A DNA stretch of 64,000 nt, from assembly GCA_040954595.2 (NCBI GenBank), contig CM082591.2:124001-188000 (forward strand), read 5' to 3'. The translations under genes and the position numbers were made by a program. Shown here in pieces: positions 53,062 to 64,000 of this stretch. Position 1 is the first letter of the stretch, and each line of letters begins with the position of its first letter. The stretch is from Balanoglossus misakiensis. Taxonomy: Eukaryota > Animalia > Hemichordata. A model generated the notes under the pieces. It worked only from the letters and a program-made list of their open reading frames with translations, ran no database searches and was not told the origin of the DNA.

Positions 53062-56000
53062 ACATCATTAGTGATTTGAATAAATTTAAGGCAGGTTTCA
53101 GGTCTTGAAAATTGCAATATGTCTCATCTTCAGCACCATACTGCTTTTGCATGAATTAAAAACAAAATAAGCTAAAGTGTAAGAAAACTGTATGAACACA
53201 ACATAAGGCGATAATTTAAGAGTTCTTGGGTATCGCCGGAAAGTAACGTGACTTTAAAAAAAATGTAAATTACTTCTTAGCGTATTTGCGCCCTATTTTC
53301 GAGTCTGCTTTTTTCTTAATGACCATGTTGGATTGATCCGCGACTGTGTAAGACACAAGTGGCTGTATCTCAAGGGTAAAAGTTCTCCGTCTCTTTGTCA
53401 AGTCATTTCGTTCCACAAGTGAATGTTCCACATATCAATGCAGCCGTTTCCACATACACCTAAAGGCAATCGTATTACTGAGATACCTATGGGAAAGAGA
53501 AAATCGTGACTTGTAGTGTACAAAGGAAACGCGTTTCGATTCACTTGAGGTAAATTTTGCCAGCTTTGTCACTGTGGAACAAATTAGTGTCGAAACCATG
53601 AACAGTATATAAAGATTGTGAAGCCCTTTGGGGATCAGCCGACACAAACAGGACAATCATCTACAAAAGTGGCATACATGTATGTATCCATGTCTTTTTC
53701 TCACAATCGTTCGACGTATATCCCACACATTTGAGATTGTACTATGTAAAATTCACGTAAACTGCTGCCTTGACAATGACTCAACAACACAGCGAAAGCG
53801 AACGGTAACGCAGTAAAGATTTGTTCTTTTTAGTCAGATGGAATGAAGGACTGACAAGTGATATTTGTCCAGAGAGAAAGATCACCAAAGAGAATGCCAA
53901 ATAACGAGATATGCAGTGTTTTATGACAGTAAAATATATACTATACAGATCATTGAACAAGGCAACTAAATAATCAGTTCATGAACCAAACGACAAACAC
54001 GGAATGTAATATATTCACCGAATTCGGAACGGATATCTCTGAAAGTCAATATGGCACCGTCGCTATCACTTTAGATATCTATGCATGCACATTGCAGACA
54101 TCGTTAAAAGTGGGACACATTATTATAATCTAGAGGATTAAGTACATGTTAAATCTGAAAACGTCTGGATGCCTTCAAGATAAGGAATCATGGACATCGT
54201 CTTGTATGGCAACAAACACAATATATGCACAAGTCTTGTCTGTTTATCTGTGTGTCAAGTTAGTTGCTTGTTTTATATGCTTATCATGCATGAGTAGCAA
54301 AAGTTCAACATTAAAGTAGAAACCTCTTTATTGGATAATAAAATATGAGTTATCTAATGGTTTCTTATAATCCATGTTTAGTATAATTTATGGTAGATCA
54401 ACATCATTTATGTGTGACATCTTTTATTTTTCCTAAAATAGTAACTATGTACCGGTACACCCACTTTTACTAATTTGACTGAACACAGTCTTTAACCTGA
54501 AGTTGTCCAGCCGATCTGTTCGCTCTCAAAACGTGTTAATTGCATGAGAACCCTTCTTTTCCTTCTACAAACTGAGACATGGTGCTCCTTGACCAACCCG
54601 AGACAAAATATGGAAAATAGAAAATCCTTGAAACAGATATGCTTTATTAGCTCTCAGACTCATGTTTCTGTTGCGCCATTGGCAAATTCATATGTAAATT
54701 GTCTAAATTTCCATTTTTATTCATACAAAAAACACACTGTAAATAAAAGTATGATTTAATTTAATATAGAATTGTATAACTAATCAACCATCATTTTCAG
54801 GCCAGAGTCTCAAACACAAAAATCTTCCCATCGTAAGCAAATGCAGGCATCAATACATAATGTTGGTTGCCATGGGGGCATAGGTAGCAGGGGTAAAAGG
54901 TCAGGTTGCGAGGGTAACGAGACGTAAATCCGAGGATTTGGTTGACCTTACGGTCGTCTGTTTTATGTGACCCCTGTGTATGTTGGAGTATTGTATCCTT
55001 CAGCAAATGCGTTCTCCGACTCAATGTGGGATTTCAATTGCAGAGACCCTGAGGGTGCATTAACAAGAAATCATTATAAAGTGTTCGCGGGCGGAAAGCT
55101 AGTTATACCCAGGGAAAATACAAAAGCCGGTTACTCTCCAGAGCTAAAAAGCAAGGATCAAGCTGGGAATGTCAATACCTGATCGGAAAAACCCCCAAGG
55201 GTCAGTAATCTGGTACGTTAATTGGTTCCGTGTTAAAAACCTCAGGTACTCATCAATGAGTATGAACTTATAGCTTTAAAGGATGTACACACTGCTTTCC
55301 CTAAAGTTGATCCTACAATTTACACTTTGGTTGTTCATATCCACTTTTGAAATGTTTGCATGAATCGTTCATTAAGGTGCAATATTCATTTGAGGTCCAA
55401 GTGTTTTGCTTTTCTCACGGCTAATAGCCTGTGTTAGGAAATTCCAGCCATCAATCTGACTGGCAAAAAAGGGCAGATTTCTTGTGTTTCTGTCGACTCG
55501 GCAGGAGAATCGATAAAACAGTATGTTCAAGCTAGTCTGTTTCCTTGTTCTTAAATAATGCTGGCACGAAATCGCTTTTCTGGACTACAGAAGAACAATT
55601 ATGTACGCTGCCAAAGCAGGCTGTATGCATGCCAGATTGTTCAAAAGTGCGCCCTCAAACACAATGAATATCCGAGATGTTGAAGAGAAAACAAATCTTG
55701 GAAAGGCCTGTGTATATTACCATGAGATAATGTTACGTTATTATGGACTAGGTCATGATAATGAAAATTCAATTCATCCACAAGAAGTGTGAGAATGTAG
55801 TTTTGTCAATCAACAATTCAACAAATTTTTAAGTCACATATATACTGAATAAACATATTCATTCATTCATACTTTAGTCTGCAGAACGACAACGTATAAA
55901 ACTGTCATTTTGACATTTGTTCAGCTCAACCCTTTTAAACATAAAAGTGAACAGATCATTTGCCGATCTTAGCTTGACCAAACGTACAGTAACGCCTTAA

Positions 56001-57221
56001 TAAGAAATCTGTTACCTACTTCTAGACTAAACAGTTCATATCTGGCTGTGCACCTCTTCTATGAGAGAGCCTCTACTGGGATTTATGTACGATAGATTCA
56101 CTCCCTCGTGACTGAGAGAGTGGTGACACAATGTCTACATGAAGACGGAGGAACTATACAATACAGCCCTCCATCATGATAGACTCATTGCGATTCCACA
56201 TATACATTGCTCTCTGATATTATCTTAATAGTTTTTGCTATCATGAGAACTCTTGTACTACGCAACAAGTTCAAATGGTAGTGTGTCCATCGCATTCTGC
56301 TATTGATTTGCAAGTTGGACTTTGCAGGACACTCTGTGTTGTTTAATATTGGAAGTTATACGTCAAACGAGAACGGGAATAGATTTCTAATGACCTTCGT
56401 TCAACTGCAATGCAAGGCGGGACAATCATTGCACATACACTCACAGTGTAGCTTAATACACAATGCAGATAGTTGAGAAGTGACATGATTCATTTACTGA
56501 AAATTAGATACAAAAAATAAATGAATTAAACATTGATATGATTTTCAAGCTGCTTAGAATTAATTTTCAGCAAATTTAAATTGATAATGAAAGCGAATAA
56601 TTTGGAGTTAGAGTGGTGTTACTACAGTGAAAGCAGAACATTACAACACAAACTTAATTGGAAATTAAGAGCAGATTTTTGCCGATTATTAGAAGTTCAG
56701 GCGTAATTGTAACGACCCAGCTTGTACTGGAATCTACACAATATGTTTGACAAACTTACAAAGCGAGATTGCCACCTTGATTATTTTTAAAATGTGTTTA
56801 CTGCTTTCTTCCATTACTAGTTTGCTTTCTTATAGTGCCGTTGCTATGCCAACACCCAAATAAGAGTCTATTATAAAATAATTTTATTTGATCATATTAC
56901 AATATAAGGCGGAGGTGTATAATTACCCCATATTTTAACAGCTTTATGATTTTAACGCCACTGTATTTCAAATGGCCATTCTTTTCACTCGGTCAGGCAA
57001 GTAATAAATCATGTCGGAAGTGTTTCCTCAAAAACTAATTATTTAATGGAGTATTTCAATTGCATCAAAATCTGCTCATAGAAAGAAATCTTTTACTAAT
57101 TGCCACATTTACTTCTTAGTAATTAGAGGATATAATGTCACATATTTCTGTTTATTTTACATAAGTGAGCGTATTATTCATATTGAAATGAGGTATTATA
57201 TTACCTGGCTGTGTTTGCTAT

Positions 57222-57313
57222 TACTTCCTGTGGCTGGGTTTACTTCCGGTGACCGATTTTTCAGAGAATAAGAGCCGGAAGCAGCGAGAACGTCGATTTT
57301 TGCTTTTAAACAG
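57222..57313 (+). promoter_or_regulatory. Candidate alternative promoter/first exon with ETS motifs
   Basis: acttcctg, acttccggt and ccggaagc clustered in a CpG-richer patch, followed by ACAG|gtaatt. Confidence 0.4.
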
Positions 57314-60300
57314 GTAATTCGCGTACATTCTGCGTGGCATCAAACACTGTCCCTGTGAGTTCCCAACTTTGGTCTAACACACACTACAGCCTAGCCCTTG
57401 GTATGTGTTAATCTGTGATCACTACATGAGAACTTCAAGACTACTTTGGGTACTACTGAAAACAATGTATAAACCATATTTGGTAAATATTGATTTCATG
57501 GTTTCAAAATACTGCCAAGATATTAAATTCGTTGTAATGTGCATAATCTGTTTCAATCTATGAATGTTTCCATTCTTTTCTATTCGAAGTTATTTATAAA
57601 ACTGGATTTAGTTTATTTCTGTATATCTGCTTGACAAAATTACATATACACACTCATGTCATAAATCTGTCACTGGAATTCATTCTATATGAATGCAACC
57701 GTGTGAGATTCTATTATTTGGCAGCAATAATAGACAATGTCTATCAGTTCATCAAAGCCATTTACTGAACACACGAAGACTTGTAAAGAGGAATCATATT
57801 TAAGTGCTTGTTAGCTTGCTGTATGACGAGGAATCTTCACTGGTGTCATCACAATCATTTTGTCAATATGCACTTCAAAAATGACGTCAGCGCTCGATAA
57901 GTGCAAGCCTTTTTTTAGTGACGCATTTATTTCACTTGACCATTTAATGAGATTATATGGCGTACATTCACTAGAGTCGGGTAAATTATTATGAGTATGA
58001 TCAGGTTTTGAAAACTAAAACTGAAATTGTGTCAATTACAAGACGTTACATATTACAGAAAATATGTTTAGGCGTAAACTGATTTAATTTATGTTATTTG
58101 TAAAATTAGACAGCAATGTTTTATTTTCTCAGAAGTTTTCACTTGATACTGATATCAACAATTTTAGGCTGAGTGTTGCCTGCCAGGCTGAACACATGCA
58201 TACCTATATTTTCTTTCGGTCGTATTTGTGTGATATTTGTTAGCGATTTAAACAAAACCTAACGAGAACTAAGGGTTGGTTGATTTTGTGAATGAATGGG
58301 TCCATAATAACATTTTGGCAGTAAAGTGAAAAGATGTAACAATTCCTAAATTTCATTTTATAACTCATTACTGATGAATTGATTATGAGCTGAAAACTTA
58401 TTTACATTAAAGTACTGTTTGCGGCTAACTGAAAACTTTACGCATTTTTTAATGTTGGCGAGCAAAATAAACAAAAACACAGCGCATGGTATCACGTCGA
58501 GCTAGAGACAGGACTTGGTTTTGACTAGAATATCGCAATTACTCTATGTGTGGCGACAATACATCATGGTATGATTCAACGCTGCATGTAAATATTAAAT
58601 ATGAATTCAGTGTTTGATCTGTGTGTTTACCTTTCATTTATTCCAGCCGCGAATGTGCTGCTGTCACGTTAGATTTATTACAACAACTGATTTCAAATGA
58701 TGTGTCTTTGGTCAGCAGAAACAAGTTTAAAATACTTGTTATGCGCATGCGTTACCCATATCTGTATCCACAGTTGGGATATAGCTATATATAATGCTGA
58801 CTTCATTCACTTTGTCAAATGTTGCCAGCTATTTGACAGTTGGCTTGAGGGTTTATGCGACTTTAATTGTAGAGCTCTATTGGCCTGTCTCATATAGTCT
58901 ATAGCATTTCCCTGGACAGCAATATCACGGAGTTCCACTTATAAATAATCATACGGTTCAGTACCACTGAGTCTGTGTGCTAACCAGGGCAGGTCTAACT
59001 GCCAAATGTCTTGTAAGGTGTGCTCTCAACCTGCCCTGGGGATAGCCTAACAACTCAAGACGAATTTCATTGCTGTTCTAGCAACAGAACCATTTCAACA
59101 ACACCATTTGTTCTTTCTACCGTGTACACATTTACTAATGTATCAAAGTCGAATGGGTGTCTAACAAAGTTGGGCCACGATTTAGCCCAGAAAGAAAAAA
59201 CACCGTTTCTCGGATTTTTGCCAAAGGAAAAGAGTCAGCGATGTATTTGGAATTGTTTACCAATTCCACAACAATTAGATGGTAAATTCTATTTCTGATG
59301 ACAATTCAAACGTCACTAGGTAACAATATAATATGGCCCGCCATTGTTTTTATGTTTCCATTATCGTGCGGACTGTGTGACGATCGATTTCTTTGTCGTC
59401 ATCATTTCAGCATTACTCAGCCTGCGGAAGTCTGTGGTTGCTCTTTGCTAGGGTATGTCAATTTAACCTACGTAACAACCATAACTTTCTCATCAACAAA
59501 ACATTATATCTAACAAAAGGTGGATAGATAGTGTGCTATCTTTCAACTGAAATGATGGAAAATCTGCTATCAAAGAGTTAATTTCAAAAATACTAATTAT
59601 TTTCAGAAGATAGCGAGGAAGATGCTGTATATTAAACATTTAACATTTATTGTCTGTCGAGTAGTAACCCGACAAAACAATTTTAAAAGGTAGAAGGAAT
59701 ACAGTAATCAACTTAATCTACCGATCAGCTTAGTTATCACGAGGAAAGAAAATGAAAACACCTTGCCGATCGATTGCTATAAAACACTGACATCAATTAA
59801 TGTATAAAGTGTGTGGGCGAATGCATTAAATCACAATGGAAAATATGTTTAATTTTAGAGCAAAAAATGTGATAATATACTCCTGCTGGTGATGTCAGAC
59901 TGAGGTTATATTCTAGTTAGTTAACCCAACGTATTTTGGCCATGACTTCTAAAGAAAAAACACGATTAAAATGTTGTCATGGAAACAGCATTTAAACTTT
60001 ATTTTTAGGCATCAAAATATGGTCACATTTAACAGTATATAAAATACTTTCATGTCTAAACTACTTTGTGGTTAGTCGTAAGTAGACAGAAGCAAACTTT
60101 TCGAATTACAGACAATGTAAATGTTCTATGAATAACTTGAAGGCATATAGTGGAAGTTTGACGTCAAAAATAATTGAAAATCAGACGCTTATGTGTGATC
60201 ATCCCATGGGAAACAGTAAATAAGGGAGGTTAAACTTATAATGAGAAAAGATTGTGAATTAAGTGAATTGTAATAACTTTAAGCGTTTATAAAGAGTAAC

Positions 60301-60594
60301 ATTGTTAGTTGGGGTGTAAAATTACTTGCTTCCCATCCGCAGGCTGCATTTCATGCATAAATAATTCTGATAATTCAGTTAACTGAGACGGACATGGGAA
60401 ATAATATGGGCATGGGGTCAGTTTATTTTTTATCGCGGCGTTTTATTTCCGGTCGGAAAATTAAACCTTTGATATCGCCACGAAACCAGTGACGCAAATA
60501 CTTTGCAACTAAACCGATCTGGTTGAATACAATTAATATGCAAATCATATGTAAATAGATTATCATGATCTGAATGTCATTTGGGACGAGTTGT

Positions 60595-60767
60595 TTGGCG
60601 TCACGTCCGATTGGCGTATCCGTTGTGACAAAGAAAGCACGTGATTGGAACGAGAATTCTGCTAACCGTAGTGTTATAAATTGGCACTATCTTCCCTGTA
60701 AATCATTAGCAAAGAGGGGTGTCCGCGGAGTACACGACCCAGAAAGTGAAAAGCCCGACATTGACAG
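60595..60767 (+). promoter_or_regulatory. Candidate alternative promoter/first exon
   Basis: Two gattgg (reverse CCAAT) boxes, CpG-richer DNA, GACAG|gtaaga donor at 60767. Confidence 0.4.
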
Positions 60768-63700
60768 GTAAGACCAAAGTATATTTTCTCAGGGAATTCA
60801 TTTCATGTCCTATTAATGACATACCTATGGAAGTTTTCTTGTTCCAATCAGAAATATTGTTCGTTTAAGTCTGAGATAGCGATTTGTGTGAAATCAAGCA
60901 CCTTTAGTACGATTCATTTATTTGAATGTGATGTCGTACTATTCCTTCAAATGATGGACTCTTTTAAGCATGATCACATGACCCCTTGACTCCATGCTGC
61001 GATAACGACAGCCGTTATAAATGAACTTCTACTCTAGAGTTGGTAAAATTTAATTATCAGTGTTGTCAACCCTTTTGCTATAAATATCACAAGTATTTTT
61101 GTATGAAAATTCAATCAGGACATACTTCCATGTGACAAAATTCATTGAGCTTCGATAAGAAAATGATTAAAGTTTCACTACAGGGCAGCCTTGGATCACT
61201 TAAAGTAGATTTCTAAGCAGAAATGCACAGCTACTAGACAACATGTTTACTTGTTACAAATAAGATCTGTCATCATGACCATTTATAATTGTCAAGTTAA
61301 AAGCAGACAACCAAATTTTCACATCATCATGTATATTATTTAATGCCATTAAAGAATTTTAACTCACACAAGCTTTGCTTCAGTAATTATACAATTTTTA
61401 AGAAATTTGAGTCTTTCATACTTGTCCATTTTTTTTCTAGAACATTTTGAACAATTAAAGTAGAACAGAATGAATTAAGTCGTTAACCTATTTGTTTGAA
61501 GTACATCAACAATAGGCGGCCATTTTGAATGTCAAACAGTCCTCAAGATGATGCCCCCACCCATACTGCATGGTGACTAACACAAACAGTGTAAAGATTT
61601 CCTTGGAAAAAATCTAAATTGAATACACTGAATATTAAGCTGTGCAATCCGACTACTCTACTATGTCATTTTTCTTGTATGCGATTTTTGAGATTGATGG
61701 ATCAGTGTGTGCACTCCGTTTTTTCTTACTCGTCAAATTGATGTCTACGCTCTCGGCATGAATAACTGAAGTTGAAATTTAAGCCACCATGAGTTTCAAC
61801 TTTGTATACTGAATTAATATTTGTTAGTGTAATGAATATTTGTTAACTGGATGAATATATGGAATTATAATAAGTACATGATCATAACATTTTTTCCCCT
61901 ACTATTTAAAAGCAATTAACCCAATATTATTTGACTCGTATTAAACTCACAACGTTAGGTTGAACTTTGTATTGAACATACACAGGACGTGCTGCTTTTC
62001 AAATATGTATTCTTTCTCATAAAATTTTCATAGCACAATAGTAAATATGAGTAGATAACAAATGACAGGGAAGCTCACAACATTTATGAAAATATGTCAT
62101 TACATTAGATACCATGAATTCTTTTGAAAGTTGTCTTTCTTCTGAGTTTACCTTCATTCACAATGCTATCAAACATTTTACCATTTGCTGCGCTTGGGGT
62201 GAATATCTTTCCAAGACAACTTATGAAGCCATTGTTTAATATTCCAACAGCAACAGAAAATATGACAAACATTGTACAGCGACAACTGTGAGTCAAGTGT
62301 GTTATCAAACAATTGCATGCTGAACAGTTTACTCCCCTGGCAAGAAGAACGCTAATTATGTTTTAGGTTGGGCATGGCGAAAGAGTTCGGAGTGATTCCT
62401 GTTTAGATAGTGTGATATCCTTATGCAAATACTCAAGGAGTCAATACCATCGTCACCACGCTAAGCTAAGGTGTGAACCAATTTGCATATTATAAAGTGG
62501 TCAAGTGTCACCCAGGAAAGGGTACTTAGAAAGTAGATGATATCTAACAAAACTTCGCTTGCATTTCACAATAATTTGGATTTGGATTTCAAGAATCAGG
62601 TACCTTTATAAAATGACACCAAGTATGGAAATATTGACATCATATGTGTCACACTTCATCATGACACTCTTAAAAGTAAAGATCAATTTCCAATCTGCCT
62701 GTCATCTAAGAAGTGCTTCAAAGATTATAGCATTAAGACTTATTGATGAATTATATCTGTTGACAAATTCAGTTTGATAGCACGGGATGTTCATGATGGT
62801 TGAGGAAAAATCAAACACGAAACCTTGATGTGTCCTATATCCATATAACATTTCTGTATTGTATCATAACACGTGATCGGAAATCTAATATCTAGTGAAA
62901 TCAGTGCCATAAAGTCACCGTCATGAAGCTGATTTCTTGGTCTGATCTTCATGTGACCTTCTCACGATCTTGAATGTAATCTAGCTGGAGTCTGCAGTGT
63001 TGAAACTGGCAGAAGAGATAGAGAAAGAAAACAAGAGATCAAGTTTCACTGTCTGTAAATAAGAAATGGTCTTTCACATTTTAGTTCATCGAAGCATGAA
63101 AGAATTATTCTGTTTCCACACGGCCTTTCATAGTGAAGGACAAAAACATTTACATTTAAATTGGAATCTCAGCAATTAAATGCAATATCGGAACAACCCT
63201 ATCTGTAATTGCCTTATCACGCCCAAACAGAATGTCTCTTAGTCGCTTCATATCCCCAAGTGGATCCCACGGAAATGACAAAAATTTTCCCAGAGCTACG
63301 CTTCCCAAATACTTTGATCCTCTGTTCATTAAACTCAGAACAAGTGTCTTTAGTGAGAGAATGACCTGCCAGATTATTATCACCACAAATGCCCACCTGA
63401 AATCTCAAAGTAATTACCTGTAATGGCCGACAATAGTTTGAAAATCTCAGCTGATAAGATTTTCACGAAGTGAAGTCGAGTAGATAAAGTTTTTAAAGCT
63501 TTTGTTCAGTGTACATGTACAACGTAATTATGTACCGGTAGGTATGTATATGTATGTAATCGAGCTACTCTGACATTATATAGTGACGAGTCCTTCTTGA
63601 AATTATAAAATACTATTATAATATTGTCATTTGTTATAGAAATTCTACTCATACCCAGCAAGTAAAAGATATACTTCGCATTGTATTTAAAATACAACGT

Positions 63701-64000
63701 ATCAACAAGGCTATTAAACCTCTGAGGCCCGAGGGTATCTCTGCTTCATTGTCAAGTTGAAACTTACATTGGCATTCATGCATGCATGCATGACTTGAAT
63801 GAATAATGTCAAAGTTGCAATGACAAGTTTGCGAACTGTGTCAATTTGATTCAATGGCAAAAGTTTTCAGCAAAGAATGGGAAATCAGAACCAGTCATTT
63901 TTTTAATTGAAGCTGAGCATGTAATTTTTAGGTTATACACCAGGGCTCGGCCACTCAAAAGAAGACTGCATTAAATAACGTGAGTAAGATGTGACATCAC

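Noticed and set aside
54860-55275. GC-richer island starting GGGGGC...AGCAG as an HDV/CPEB3-like ribozyme or LINE 5'UTR
   Set aside because: No P1 complement or nested pseudoknot found; probably an unclassified repeat remnant
62105-62308. ORF with three GK motifs at 10-aa spacing as another peptide precursor
   Set aside because: Weak signal peptide, dissimilar units and no supporting promoter or splice context
63156-63408. Overlapping - strand ORFs (FPWDPLGDMKRLRDILFGR; RIKVFGKR)
   Set aside because: No recognisable family or consistent exon chain within the window

Overview
This is an AT-rich, intron-containing animal genomic window, probably from an invertebrate; the species cannot be determined from the sequence. 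Almost all ORF-track entries are noise. Four spliced genes can be reconstructed by eye. (1) A + strand gene (at least 16724-22358) has six consecutive frame-preserving microexons of 6, 9, 3, 9, 12 and 12 nt between two normal exons; it has no recognisable homolog and its 5' end is unresolved. (2) NP1 (- strand, 24754-23929, about 200 aa) is a multi-copy amidated neuropeptide precursor yielding (L/I)R(P/Q)NN(G/S)GS(L/I/S)(F/L)amide peptides that resemble SIFamide/FFamide. (3) NP2 (- strand, 27090-26678, 87 aa) lies directly upstream in tandem and is a single-peptide precursor (ARGPGPAFGIamide) with a C-terminal C-x6-C motif like SIFamide precursors. (4) An 8-exon type-B carboxylesterase-family gene (- strand, 42453-38999, 572 aa) has an N-terminal membrane anchor and GHGSG in place of GxSxG. 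Also present are a minimal hammerhead-ribozyme motif between NP1 and NP2, a palindromic MITE-like element, a decayed Crypton-like fragment, candidate non-coding first exons of a + strand gene at 51-61 kb, a CTCF-consensus site and microsatellites. All models are by-eye predictions without transcript evidence.
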